The notes under the pieces: generated by a model
Seen by the model: the letters and a program-made list of their open reading frames with translations, nothing else
Database searches by the model: none
Told to the model about the DNA's origin: nothing
In this document: positions 44,521-54,322 of the stretch, one piece after another
Layout of the letters: each line of letters starts with the position of its first letter
How positions within the stretch are numbered: the first letter of the stretch is position 1
Assembly: GCA_023262185.1 (NCBI GenBank)
Contig: JALRDO010000002.1
Coordinates: 14,044-78,043, forward strand
Direction: 5' to 3'
Length of the DNA stretch: 64,000 bases
DNA from: Flavobacteriaceae bacterium
GTDB taxonomy: Bacteria; Bacteroidota; Bacteroidia; Flavobacteriales; Flavobacteriaceae
Translations under genes and position numbers: made by a program

Positions 44521-47322
44521 ATGGATAAGTTTTCATTTTTAAATGCCGCTCATACGGTATTTTTTGAAACGATGTACGAACAGTACCTCGAAAACCCCGA
44601 TAGTGTAGAGCCAAGTTGGAAGGCTTTTTTTCAAGGGTTCGATTTCGGGGTCGAAAGTGTTCTTGAAGATTGGGATCTCGAAGAAGCGGCCAATGGCCAA
44701 GCTCATCACCTGCAGAATGGTACCGTTCATGTTGTTCCCGAATCGGTACAGAAGGAGTTTCAGGTCGTCAAGTTAATAGACGGTTATCGCACTAGAGGCC
44801 ATCTATTCACTCAAACCAATCCCGTCCGTGAGCGCAGAAAATATGCACCCACTCTAGCACTAGAAAATTTTGGATTGCTAGAATCAGACTTAGACCTTGA
44901 GTTCAGTGCAGGTGAGATCATAGGAATCGGCAAAGCCACGCTTAAAAATATCATTGAACACCTTGAGCGCATCTATTGTGAGTCTATCGGGGTAGAATAT
45001 ATGTACATGCGCAACCCTGAGCGTATTGCTTGGATTCAAGAACAATTGAATCCAAACGATAACCGTACGGTATTCTCAAACGAAGAGAAGATTTATTTGC
45101 TCAAAAAGTTGAATGAAGCAGTTGCTTTTGAGAGCTTTTTACACACCAAATACGTAGGTCAAAAACGATTCTCGCTTGAAGGGAATGAGTCGTTGATCCC
45201 AGCGCTCGACGCTATTATTGAACTTGCTGCCACGAAAGGAGTGAAGCAGTTTGTTTTAGGTATGGCACACCGTGGAAGACTGAACGTGCTAACCAATATT
45301 TTCGGAAAATCGCCTAAGGATATCTTTTCTGAGTTTGATGGTAAGGATTATGAAGAAGCCATCTTTGACGGTGATGTGAAGTATCACCTAGGATGGACTT
45401 CAAAGAGAGAAACCCTATCGGGCCATGTGGTAAATATGAATATTGCCCCGAACCCTTCTCACCTTGAAACCGTTAACGGGATTGTAGAAGGAATCACACG
45501 AGCGAAGCAAGACAATGATCACCGTGAGAATCCGCAAGAGGTACTTCCGATTTTAATTCACGGAGACGCTGCATTTGCGGGTCAAGGTGTAGTCTACGAA
45601 GTAATTCAAATGGCAAAACTAGACGGATACCGCACTCAGGGTACCGTTCATATTGTAGTCAATAACCAAATCGGGTTTACCACAAACTATTTAGATGCGC
45701 GTTCATCGACCTATTGTACCGATGTCGCTAAGGTGACTCTTTCTCCTGTACTGCATGTCAATGCAGATGATGTCGAGGCTGTAGTCCATGCGGCACAATT
45801 GGCCCTAGAATACCGTATGCGCTTCTCTCTTGATATTTTCATCGATTTATTGGGGTATCGCAAATACGGACACAACGAAGGAGATGAACCGAAGTTTACT
45901 CAACCTCTTCTGTATAATGCCATTGCCAAACATAAAAATCCCAGAGACCTCTATGCCGATAAACTAATCGCCTCAGGAGTTATCTCAACCGATTTTGTTG
46001 CTCAAATTGAAGAGGAATACAAAAACAATCTAGAATTTGATTTAATCGATTCGCGAAAGGTTGAAAAAACAGTGATCACTCCATTTATGCAAGATGAGTG
46101 GGAGTCCTTTAAAGGTTTAGCAGATGCATCTGCTATGTTAAAGGCTGTGGACACTTCTTATCCACAAGATAAATTAGACCTACTTGCAGCGCGCATCACC
46201 ACCCTTCCTGAGGGTGTAAAACTCATTCGAAAAACAGAGCGTTTGATTGATGCCCGACATCAGATGTATTTTGAAAGCAATCAGCTCGATTGGGCAATGG
46301 GAGAACTTCTAGCGTATGCCAGTTTATTAGAAGAGGGTAACGATGTGCGTATTACAGGTCAAGACGTAGAACGCGGGACCTTCTCTCACAGACACGCTGT
46401 GCTTAAAACCGAAAAGCACGAAGAAGAGGTAGTGCTACTCAATACATTAGGGGAGCTACAAAACGGAGATTTCTACGCCTATAATTCGCTTCTTTCTGAG
46501 TATGCGGTTATGGCTTTTGATTATGGCTATGCCATGGCTAGCCCTTCGACCTTAACCATATGGGAGGCACAGTTTGGTGACTTCTCTAACGGGGCACAAA
46601 TTGTGATCGATCAATACCTTTCGGCCGCAGAAGATAAATGGAAGATGCAAAACGGTTTGGTGCTGTTCTTGCCCCATGGATACGAGGGCCAAGGAGCAGA
46701 GCATTCATCTGGAAGAATGGAACGTTATCTTCAACTCTGTGCGAAAGACAATATGTTTATTGCTGATGTGACCACTCCTGCAAACCTCTTTCATATTGTA
46801 AGACGCCAACAAAAGGCTCCGTTTAGAAAGCCGCTGGTGGTGTTTACTCCGAAGAGTTTATTGAGACATCCTAAAGTAGTCTCTGCTAAAGAAGAGCTTG
46901 CAAGCGGTTCTTTTCAGCCTCTTATTGACGATGCAGAAGTGAAGCTTTCTGAGGTCAAGACATTGGTATTGTGTACCGGTAAATTTTACTACGACCTGCT
47001 GGTACGTCGAGAAGAGGAGAAACGCATGGATGTTGCGCTTGTGCGACTCGAACAACTGTTCCCTCTTCCTGTAGAGGATCTCGATGCTCTGCTCGCAAAA
47101 TACGACAAGGTTGATGAGGTTGTTTGGGCTCAAGAAGAACCAAGAAACATGGGAGCGTACTCTCATCTACTTCTTCATTACGACAAAGCAAGAGCATTTA
47201 GAGTGGCTTCAAGAAGATTTTATGGTGCTCCAGCAGCCGGAAGCGCGGTTCGTGCTGCCAGAAGGCATAAACAAGTCATCGATTACGTATTCGATAAAAC
47301 ACGCGATAATTTTAAACTTTAA
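44521..47322 (+). CDS. sucA: 2-oxoglutarate dehydrogenase E1 component
   Basis: 933 aa with ThDP-binding and transketolase-like regions. Followed by sucB. Confidence 0.95.
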   Translation: MDKFSFLNAAHTVFFETMYEQYLENPDSVEPSWKAFFQGFDFGVESVLEDWDLEEAANGQAHHLQNGTVHVVPESVQKEFQVVKLIDGYRTRGHLFTQTNPVRERRKYAPTLALENFGLLESDLDLEFSAGEIIGIGKATLKNIIEHLERIYCESIGVEYMYMRNPERIAWIQEQLNPNDNRTVFSNEEKIYLLKKLNEAVAFESFLHTKYVGQKRFSLEGNESLIPALDAIIELAATKGVKQFVLGMAHRGRLNVLTNIFGKSPKDIFSEFDGKDYEEAIFDGDVKYHLGWTSKRETLSGHVVNMNIAPNPSHLETVNGIVEGITRAKQDNDHRENPQEVLPILIHGDAAFAGQGVVYEVIQMAKLDGYRTQGTVHIVVNNQIGFTTNYLDARSSTYCTDVAKVTLSPVLHVNADDVEAVVHAAQLALEYRMRFSLDIFIDLLGYRKYGHNEGDEPKFTQPLLYNAIAKHKNPRDLYADKLIASGVISTDFVAQIEEEYKNNLEFDLIDSRKVEKTVITPFMQDEWESFKGLADASAMLKAVDTSYPQDKLDLLAARITTLPEGVKLIRKTERLIDARHQMYFESNQLDWAMGELLAYASLLEEGNDVRITGQDVERGTFSHRHAVLKTEKHEEEVVLLNTLGELQNGDFYAYNSLLSEYAVMAFDYGYAMASPSTLTIWEAQFGDFSNGAQIVIDQYLSAAEDKWKMQNGLVLFLPHGYEGQGAEHSSGRMERYLQLCAKDNMFIADVTTPANLFHIVRRQQKAPFRKPLVVFTPKSLLRHPKVVSAKEELASGSFQPLIDDAEVKLSEVKTLVLCTGKFYYDLLVRREEEKRMDVALVRLEQLFPLPVEDLDALLAKYDKVDEVVWAQEEPRNMGAYSHLLLHYDKARAFRVASRRFYGAPAAGSAVRAARRHKQVIDYVFDKTRDNFKL

Positions 47323-47343
47323 TCATTTAGTTCTGCCCATATC

Positions 47344-48567
47344 ATGATTTTAGAAATGAAAGTTCCCTCACCGGGAGAGTCCATCACAGAAGTTGAAATT
47401 GCAACTTGGCTTGTTCAAGATGGAGACTACGTAGAAAAAGACCAAGCTATTGCTGAGGTGGATTCTGACAAGGCCACTCTTGAGCTTCCTGCTGAGGCTA
47501 GTGGCGTTATCACACTTAAGGCTGAAGAGGGTGATGCCGTAGCTGTAGGCCAGGTGGTGTGTCATATTGATACTGCTGCAGCTGCCCCTGAAGGAGCTAA
47601 AACTGCCCCCGCAGCAAAAGCGGCTCCAGCACCGGCGGCACCTGCCGTTGAAACTCCGTCTGCTTCTGCACCTAAAGCGGAGACTTATGCTTCAGGAACC
47701 CCTTCTCCGGCAGCAAAAAAACTCATGGATGAGAAAGGCCTCGATGCGCAACAAGTCACAGGCACGGGTCGTGATGGTAGAATTACCAAAGACGATGTAG
47801 TGAACGCCAAGGTTGCGATGGGAACTATTTCGCAAGATGCGAATCGCAAAGAGACACGCACAAAACTCTCTATGCTGAGAAGAAAGGTAGCAGAACGCCT
47901 TGTCTCAGCTAAAAATCAGACAGCGATGTTGACCACCTTTAATGAGGTAGATATGTCAGCAGTTTTTGAACTTAGAACTCAATATAAGGATGCCTTTAAA
48001 GAAAAACACGATGTAGGATTGGGATTTATGTCATTCTTCACCATGGCGGTTATTCGTGCGCTTAAAGAGTATCCGGCCGTAAATTCTATGATTGACGGTA
48101 AAGAGATGATCAGCTATGATTTTTGCGATATCAGTATTGCTGTTTCAGGTCCGAAGGGATTAATGGTGCCGGTTATTCGCAATGCAGAAGAGTTGACCTT
48201 TAAGGGAATCGAAAATGAGGTAAAACGTCTTGCCCTTCGCGCACGAGACGGACTAATTACTGTAGACGAGATGACCGGAGGAACGTTCACCATCTCTAAC
48301 GGAGGAGTCTTTGGTTCCATGTTGAGCACGCCGATTATCAATCCACCACAGAGTGCCATTCTAGGAATGCATAACATTGTGGAGCGTCCTATCGTAAAAA
48401 ACAAAGAGATCACAATTGCCCCTGTCATGTACCTGGCACTTTCTTATGATCACCGCATTATAGACGGACGCGAATCGGTTGGATTCTTGGTAGCTGTCAA
48501 AGAGGCCATTGAAAATCCAGTTGAATTGTTGATGAACGGTGATATCAAAAAGGCACTTGAACTATAA
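47344..48567 (+). CDS. sucB: dihydrolipoyllysine-residue succinyltransferase (E2o)
   Basis: Lipoyl motif EVDSDKATLE, an Ala/Pro linker, and the catalytic DHRIIDG. Confidence 0.95.
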   Translation: MILEMKVPSPGESITEVEIATWLVQDGDYVEKDQAIAEVDSDKATLELPAEASGVITLKAEEGDAVAVGQVVCHIDTAAAAPEGAKTAPAAKAAPAPAAPAVETPSASAPKAETYASGTPSPAAKKLMDEKGLDAQQVTGTGRDGRITKDDVVNAKVAMGTISQDANRKETRTKLSMLRRKVAERLVSAKNQTAMLTTFNEVDMSAVFELRTQYKDAFKEKHDVGLGFMSFFTMAVIRALKEYPAVNSMIDGKEMISYDFCDISIAVSGPKGLMVPVIRNAEELTFKGIENEVKRLALRARDGLITVDEMTGGTFTISNGGVFGSMLSTPIINPPQSAILGMHNIVERPIVKNKEITIAPVMYLALSYDHRIIDGRESVGFLVAVKEAIENPVELLMNGDIKKALEL

Positions 48568-49341
48568 ATGATAGTCGATACGCATATTCATCTTTATTCA
48601 GAAGAATTTGCGCAAGACGCAAATGAGCTAATCGCTCAAGCCCGAACACTTGGGATTGAGCGATTTTTTCTTCCGGCAATCGATGCCTCGTATTACGACG
48701 CTATGAAGGCCTTGAAGACGACCTATCCAGAACAGGTGCATCTCATGGCTGGTCTGCATCCTACGCATGTGAATGAAACGGTTGAAGCCGAACTTTCTAG
48801 GGTAGAACAAGAACTGAACGAAGGCTATGCTGTCGCCATAGGAGAAATCGGGATTGACCTCTACTGGGACACTTCAACACTAAGCATCCAGCAATACGCC
48901 TTTGAAAAGCAGGTGGTTTGGGCTTATGAGCGCAAGCTCCCAATTGTGATTCACTGCCGAGAGGCTTTCGACGAGATTTTTGAAGTTTTAGAGAACCTTC
49001 GAGAAAGAGGAGTTACGGTTAAGGGTATATTGCATTGTTTTACGGGAACCTTAGCGCAGGCAAAGCGGGCCTTAGGGCTTGAATTATTATTAGGTATAGG
49101 AGGGGTGGTAACTTTCAAGAATGGAAAGATAGATACCTTTCTCTCAGAGATCGACCTAAAACACATCGTGTTAGAGACAGATGCTCCATATCTTGCTCCT
49201 GTACCACATCGCGGAAAGCGCAACGAACCTTCCTTTATATATAGAGTAGCAGAAAAGGTTGCTTCTTGTTACAGCCTTTCTATTGAAGAGGTTTCTAGAC
49301 AAACGACGCTGAATGCTTTCAATTTATTTAAGGTTCAATGA
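48568..49341 (+). CDS. TatD-family metal-dependent hydrolase/DNase
   Basis: DTHIHL start motif, with the HCF and ETDAPYL motifs. Confidence 0.85.
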   Translation: MIVDTHIHLYSEEFAQDANELIAQARTLGIERFFLPAIDASYYDAMKALKTTYPEQVHLMAGLHPTHVNETVEAELSRVEQELNEGYAVAIGEIGIDLYWDTSTLSIQQYAFEKQVVWAYERKLPIVIHCREAFDEIFEVLENLRERGVTVKGILHCFTGTLAQAKRALGLELLLGIGGVVTFKNGKIDTFLSEIDLKHIVLETDAPYLAPVPHRGKRNEPSFIYRVAEKVASCYSLSIEEVSRQTTLNAFNLFKVQ

Positions 49342-50369
49342 GTGAGCGCAGATCTATATTAATTATTTATACCGGGGGTACGATTGGCATGCAAACGGGT
49401 GCCTCTAATGAAGGGTTGGTTCCGGTGCACTTCAGCGAACTTATTCGAAATCTACCCGAATTGAATCTGTTAGATTGCAATATCGATCATCTTACCTTAG
49501 AACCACCAAAAGACTCCTCATCGATTGAAGCTGATGATTGGTTGAGGTTACGACAGGTGATTCTGGATCGCGCAGAAACCTATTTCGGCTTTGTGGTGCT
49601 CCACGGAACGGATACTATGAGTTTTTCTGCTTCAATGCTGAGCTTTTTATTGCTAAATCTCAGAAAACCCATTGTCTTTACAGGATCTCAGCTCCCTCTG
49701 GGGACGCTAAGAACCGATGCTAAAGAAAACCTAATCACTGCCATTGAGATCGCATCCGCAATTCACAATGAGGCCCCCTTACTTCAAGAGGTGGCTATTT
49801 ATTTTGAATACAAGTTGTATCGTGCCAATCGCAGTACCAAGGTAAATGCTCATCATTTTAAGGCGTTTGACTCTCCGAATTATCCATGGCTCATGCGCTC
49901 AGGAGTGCATATGGAAATTCAGTACGACCTGCTGCTCAGACCTTCTGCAGTTTGGCGCGATGAATTCGAACATAAGACGCTTAAAAAGTCGGTATATGTG
50001 TTAAAATTGTATCCTAATATTCCCGATGCCTTTTTCGAAATTGACTTCCCAAATGCGGAAGCTTTAATCCTTGAAACTTTCGGATCTGGGAATAGTATGG
50101 AGCGGCCATCGCTCATCTCATTTTTGAAACGGGCTGCTGAACAAAACCTACCTATCATCAATGTTTCTCAGTGTTTAGGGGGTTCAGTAGAGATGGGGAG
50201 GTATGCCTCTAGCAATGCTTTCGTCTCAACTGGAGTGATTAATGGTAGAGACATGACTACCGAGGCGGCCTTGGCAAAGGCGCACTATTTGGTCGCCCTT
50301 GAAACCCCTTATTCGGACTTCAAATCGCGTTTCGAAACCCCTTTATGCGGTGAAATTTCAGTAAAATAA
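49338..50369 (+). CDS. ansA: type I (cytoplasmic) L-asparaginase
   Basis: YTGGTIGM and HGTDTM motifs. Confidence 0.85.
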   Translation: MSERRSILIIYTGGTIGMQTGASNEGLVPVHFSELIRNLPELNLLDCNIDHLTLEPPKDSSSIEADDWLRLRQVILDRAETYFGFVVLHGTDTMSFSASMLSFLLLNLRKPIVFTGSQLPLGTLRTDAKENLITAIEIASAIHNEAPLLQEVAIYFEYKLYRANRSTKVNAHHFKAFDSPNYPWLMRSGVHMEIQYDLLLRPSAVWRDEFEHKTLKKSVYVLKLYPNIPDAFFEIDFPNAEALILETFGSGNSMERPSLISFLKRAAEQNLPIINVSQCLGGSVEMGRYASSNAFVSTGVINGRDMTTEAALAKAHYLVALETPYSDFKSRFETPLCGEISVK

Positions 50370-50484
50370 TTCTATCACCTTTTCTAGGTCTTTTATTTTT
50401 TGTTTCTTGGTGCTCGCTTGCAAAAGCTCGAATCAATAATTTTTTATCTTTAAACCGTTTCTAACAAATTTTAAGTCTTAAAAA

Positions 50485-51213
50485 ATGAAAAGATTAACCT
50501 TAACTCTAGCTACAGCTGGAATGTTCATTTTTGGTACAGCATCTGCTTCTGCTGCTGTTTTACAAGAAGAAGCTGCTGCTTCTAAAGGATTTACTCAAGT
50601 ACTAAAAGAGCAATTTATTCAAGGGGGGCCTGCCTTTATGGGTATCGTACTTCTTTGTTTGATTCTTGGTCTTGCCGTGGCTATCGAGCGTATTCTATAC
50701 CTTAACATGGCTACTACCAACACTGTTGCTCTAAGAGAACAAGTAGAACAAGCTTTAGCCGAAGGTGGTGTAGAAGAAGCAAAATCAGTTTGTAGAGATA
50801 CTAAAGGCCCAGTTGCTTCAATTTTCTACCAAGGTCTTGAGCGCGCTGGAGACGGAGTTGAGGCCGCAGAGAAAGCCGTAGTTTCTTACGGAGGAGTTCA
50901 AATGGGGCAGCTTGAGAAAAACGTTTCATGGCTATCTCTCTTTATCGCAATTGCTCCGATGCTTGGGTTCATGGGTACGGTAATTGGTATGATCCAGGCC
51001 TTCCAAAAGATCGCTGCTGTGGGTAACCTTTCAGCTTCACTTATCGCTGGAGATATTCAGGTGGCACTCTTGACTACAGTATTTGGTCTGATCACCGCGA
51101 TTATTCTTCAAATTTTCTACAACTACATTATCGCTAAAATCGACGCTATCGTAAACGATATGGAGGATTCTTCGATCTCTCTTATCGATATGTTAGCTAC
51201 TGTTAAGAAATAA
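50485..51213 (+). CDS. exbB: MotA/TolQ/ExbB proton-channel family protein
   Basis: Signal-like N-terminus and the conserved C-terminal TM pair (GFMGTVIGMI ... TTVFGL). Confidence 0.85.
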   Translation: MKRLTLTLATAGMFIFGTASASAAVLQEEAAASKGFTQVLKEQFIQGGPAFMGIVLLCLILGLAVAIERILYLNMATTNTVALREQVEQALAEGGVEEAKSVCRDTKGPVASIFYQGLERAGDGVEAAEKAVVSYGGVQMGQLEKNVSWLSLFIAIAPMLGFMGTVIGMIQAFQKIAAVGNLSASLIAGDIQVALLTTVFGLITAIILQIFYNYIIAKIDAIVNDMEDSSISLIDMLATVKK

Positions 51214-51241
51214 TTTAGTAGAACTCTCAAAACACGAAATC

Positions 51242-51688
51242 ATGCACAGAATTATTAAAATTGTTCTCATAGTGCTAGGAGTGCTTTCGGCAGTTCTATG
51301 GTCAAGTCTTCCTGAGGCTGATATGCCACCTTCTGAGGCTATCCAAAGTGTACCGATGGATCTAATGTTCAAAGTAGTGTTCTTGTTACTACTTGTAGCT
51401 ACTGCTGCTTCTTTGTTCTTTGGTCTTAAAAAGACGTTCACTTCTCCTGGAGGACTCATGAGAATTCTTAAAACTGTTGGTTTTGCAGCTGTCCTTACAA
51501 TTGTAGGCTATGCTGCAGCGGGCGGAGAAGAGCAAGTAGTTGAGGCTGTTCAGACAGAGCGTGGTCTTACTACTACGGTAGGAACCGTTAAAACAATCGG
51601 AACCCTTCTGAATATTTTCTTCGGAATGGTGATGATTGCTATTGTTCTTATGGTCTTCCCAAGCCTTAAGCGTCTAATTGGAAAATAA
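51242..51688 (+). CDS. hypothetical 4-TM membrane protein embedded in the exbB-exbD cluster
   Basis: 148 aa with four hydrophobic segments. I recognise no motif. Confidence 0.5.
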   Translation: MHRIIKIVLIVLGVLSAVLWSSLPEADMPPSEAIQSVPMDLMFKVVFLLLLVATAASLFFGLKKTFTSPGGLMRILKTVGFAAVLTIVGYAAAGGEEQVVEAVQTERGLTTTVGTVKTIGTLLNIFFGMVMIAIVLMVFPSLKRLIGK

Positions 51689-51695
51689 TTAAGCT

Positions 51696-52316
51696 ATGCC
51701 TAGAAGAAAAGGAGCCCCAGAGGTTAATGCCGGGTCTATGGCCGACATAGCTTTCTTACTGCTTATCTTTTTTTTGGTGACTACTACCATTGAAACAGAT
51801 GCAGGTTTAGATCGTATGTTGCCTCCTATTGAGCCGCCAGATACTGATGTAATTATTAAGCAGAAGAATATTTTTACGGTGAACATTAACAAGAATGGCC
51901 AATTATTGGTTGAAGAAAAGTTGATGGACATCCAGGATCTTCGCGCTGAGGCTATTGCCTTTTTAGACAATGGAGGTAGTCCTTCTGGAACCCCAGAGTA
52001 CTGCAATTATTGTAAAGGAAAGCGAGATGCCGGTTCGTCGGATAACCCGCAGAAAGCGATTATCTCATTGAAGAATGACCGTGAAACGCCATACAGTACG
52101 TATATCACTGTACAGAATGAGCTTGTTGCGGCCTACAACGATTTGAGAAACCGTGAGTCTAGAAGGTTGTACGGACGTGACTTCACAGAGATGGAGTCAG
52201 AGTATTTGAATCCTGAAACCCCTTCAAGTGTTCGTGATGAACTGAAGGAAAAGGTCCAGCGTGTTCAAGAACTCTTTCCTCAAAAGCTCTCTGAAGCTGA
52301 AACAAGTAAAATTTAA
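51696..52316 (+). CDS. exbD: ExbD/TolR-family biopolymer transport protein (long form)
   Basis: N-terminal motif NAGSMADIAFLLLIFFLVTTT. Confidence 0.8.
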   Translation: MPRRKGAPEVNAGSMADIAFLLLIFFLVTTTIETDAGLDRMLPPIEPPDTDVIIKQKNIFTVNINKNGQLLVEEKLMDIQDLRAEAIAFLDNGGSPSGTPEYCNYCKGKRDAGSSDNPQKAIISLKNDRETPYSTYITVQNELVAAYNDLRNRESRRLYGRDFTEMESEYLNPETPSSVRDELKEKVQRVQELFPQKLSEAETSKI

Positions 52317-52336
52317 CTTTTAAGAAAAAGAGCGTC

Positions 52337-52819
52337 ATGTCAAAATTTGCAAAAAAGAAAGACGGAGACTTGCCAGCGGTATCAACCGCCTCGCTTCCGG
52401 ATATCGTATTCATGCTTCTCTTCTTCTTTATGACGGTAACTACTATGAAAGATAGTTCACTACTTGTGGAGAACATTCTTCCGAATGCCGATCAGACTAA
52501 AAAGTTAGAGAAGAAAGATCGAGTTATTTATATCTACGCGGGTAAACCTACTCAAGAGTACTCAAAAACCTTTGGTGAAGAGCCAAAGATTCAGCTCAAT
52601 GATAAGTTTGCCAACGTTCCTGAAGTAGGTCCTTATATTCTTGCAGAACGTGCTAAAAAGCCACAAGAATTACAGAATGTATTGACTACTGCTTTGAAAG
52701 TGGACAGAGACGCGAATATGGGTATCGTGATGGATATTAAGCAAGAGTTGCGTAAGGTGAACGCCTTGAAAGTGAACTATACCACTTATGAGGGTAATGC
52801 TTTTGCAAACTTGCAATAA
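52337..52819 (+). CDS. exbD: ExbD/TolR-family biopolymer transport protein
   Basis: N-terminal motif SLPDIVFMLLFFFMTVT. Confidence 0.8.
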   Translation: MSKFAKKKDGDLPAVSTASLPDIVFMLLFFFMTVTTMKDSSLLVENILPNADQTKKLEKKDRVIYIYAGKPTQEYSKTFGEEPKIQLNDKFANVPEVGPYILAERAKKPQELQNVLTTALKVDRDANMGIVMDIKQELRKVNALKVNYTTYEGNAFANLQ

Positions 52820-52840
52820 CAACTAGTAACGTGTTTTACA

Positions 52841-52870
52841 AAAGCCTCGGTTCTGCCGGGGCTTTTTTTA
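52841..52870 (+). terminator. intrinsic terminator after exbD, abutting the rpoN stop codon
   Basis: 7-bp stem gcctcgg/ccggggc, 5-nt loop, then T7. Confidence 0.75.
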
Positions 52871-54310
52871 TAGACTCCTTCGAAGGCGTGCTACGGGTAA
52901 TTCTAATTGCTCTCTGTATTTAGCTACAGTTCTTCGAGCAACCTTATATCCTTTTTCTTTTAAGGCCACGCCTATTTGATCGTCGGTCAGTGGACTGCTC
53001 TTGTCCTCAGTTTCAATCAGTTCTTTGACTAGAGATTTTATCTGGCGTGTAGAAACGGTTTCACCTTCTGCATTGGTCATTGCATCTGAGAAGAATGACT
53101 TGAGCAATTTTGTTCCATAAGGTGTATCGGCGTATTTGCTATTAGCCACTCGAGAGACCGTAGAGATATCCATCTGAATAGCCTCTGCAATATCCTTAAG
53201 GATCATAGGTTTCAAATCTTGCTCATCTCCACTTAAAAAATAGTCTTTTTGATGATTGACTATTGCATTCATGGTGATAAGTAAGGTGTTCTGACGTTGC
53301 TTGATTGCGTCGATAAACCACTTAGCAGCATCTAGTTTTTGTTTTACAAACTGAACCGTGTCTTTCTGTTCCTTGGTGGATTTGCCGTCTTGATAGGTGC
53401 GTATCAGCTCTTGGTAAGATTTTGACACATGAAGCTCTGGTGCATTTCGTCCATTTAAGAGCACCTCTATAACGTCATCTTCTACTCTTATTGTAAAATC
53501 AGGAACGATATAGGTCGTGGTTTTGTTTTGTCCTGCAAAGCTTGCTCCAGGCCTTGGATTGAGCTTTTCGATCTTATGTAAGGCCTCTTTCAGAAGTGCT
53601 TGATCTGTCTTGTGTTTGCTCAATATTTTCTCAAAATGCTTCTTCGAGAACAATTCAAAAGAATCCTGAATTACGGCTTTAGCTAGTTCATTTGCTGGAC
53701 TAGTGGTTTGTCGTTCGAGTTGTAAGACAAGACATTCAGAGATATCTCTAGCGCCAACACCAGCAGGATCCAATTGATGGATAATTTTTAACGCCTCTTC
53801 AAACTGCTCCTTTTCAACCATGAGATTCATGTGAAAGGCCATGTCATCAATGAGGTCTTCTTCTGGTCTTCTGAGGTATCCGCCTTCATCAAGGCTTCCG
53901 ATGAGATACTCTGCGATTAAGAAAGTGCTTTCGTTAATATCAAAGGTTCCGAGTTGGCTAATTAAATGCTGATGAAAAGTTGTTTCGGCAGCATAAGGTA
54001 CCTGATGATCTTTAGACTCTTCTGGATAATTTGAGCTTGTTGTTTTGTAATCTGGGATATCGTCATCTGTAAGATAACTCTCCATGTCAAGCGTGTCGCT
54101 TTCTCGATCCTCCCACTCTTCTTCTTGTGGTTCAAAGAGGTCGTCGTTTTCTAATTCTTCTCTTCCGTGTTCTAAAGCAGGATTCTCTTCAATTTCTTGC
54201 TTCAATCGCTCTTCAAAAGCTAAGGTTGGTAGTTGAATCAGCTTCATGAGCTGAATCTGCTGTGGAGATAGCTTTTGGCTTAGTTTGAGTTGAAGCTGCT
54301 GCTTAAGCAT
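52868..54310 (-). CDS. rpoN: RNA polymerase sigma-54 factor
   Basis: Gln/Leu-rich N-terminus, an acidic region, and the C-terminal RpoN box ARRTVAKYR. Confidence 0.95.
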   Translation of the reverse strand: MLKQQLQLKLSQKLSPQQIQLMKLIQLPTLAFEERLKQEIEENPALEHGREELENDDLFEPQEEEWEDRESDTLDMESYLTDDDIPDYKTTSSNYPEESKDHQVPYAAETTFHQHLISQLGTFDINESTFLIAEYLIGSLDEGGYLRRPEEDLIDDMAFHMNLMVEKEQFEEALKIIHQLDPAGVGARDISECLVLQLERQTTSPANELAKAVIQDSFELFSKKHFEKILSKHKTDQALLKEALHKIEKLNPRPGASFAGQNKTTTYIVPDFTIRVEDDVIEVLLNGRNAPELHVSKSYQELIRTYQDGKSTKEQKDTVQFVKQKLDAAKWFIDAIKQRQNTLLITMNAIVNHQKDYFLSGDEQDLKPMILKDIAEAIQMDISTVSRVANSKYADTPYGTKLLKSFFSDAMTNAEGETVSTRQIKSLVKELIETEDKSSPLTDDQIGVALKEKGYKVARRTVAKYREQLELPVARLRRSL

Positions 54311-54322
54311 GAACTTACCTCT

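Noticed and set aside
52826-52839. GTAAC-gtgt-TTTAC near-match to the sulfur-locus dyad, downstream of exbD.
   Set aside because: One half-site is mismatched. It also sits between convergent genes next to a terminator, so it has no promoter to regulate.
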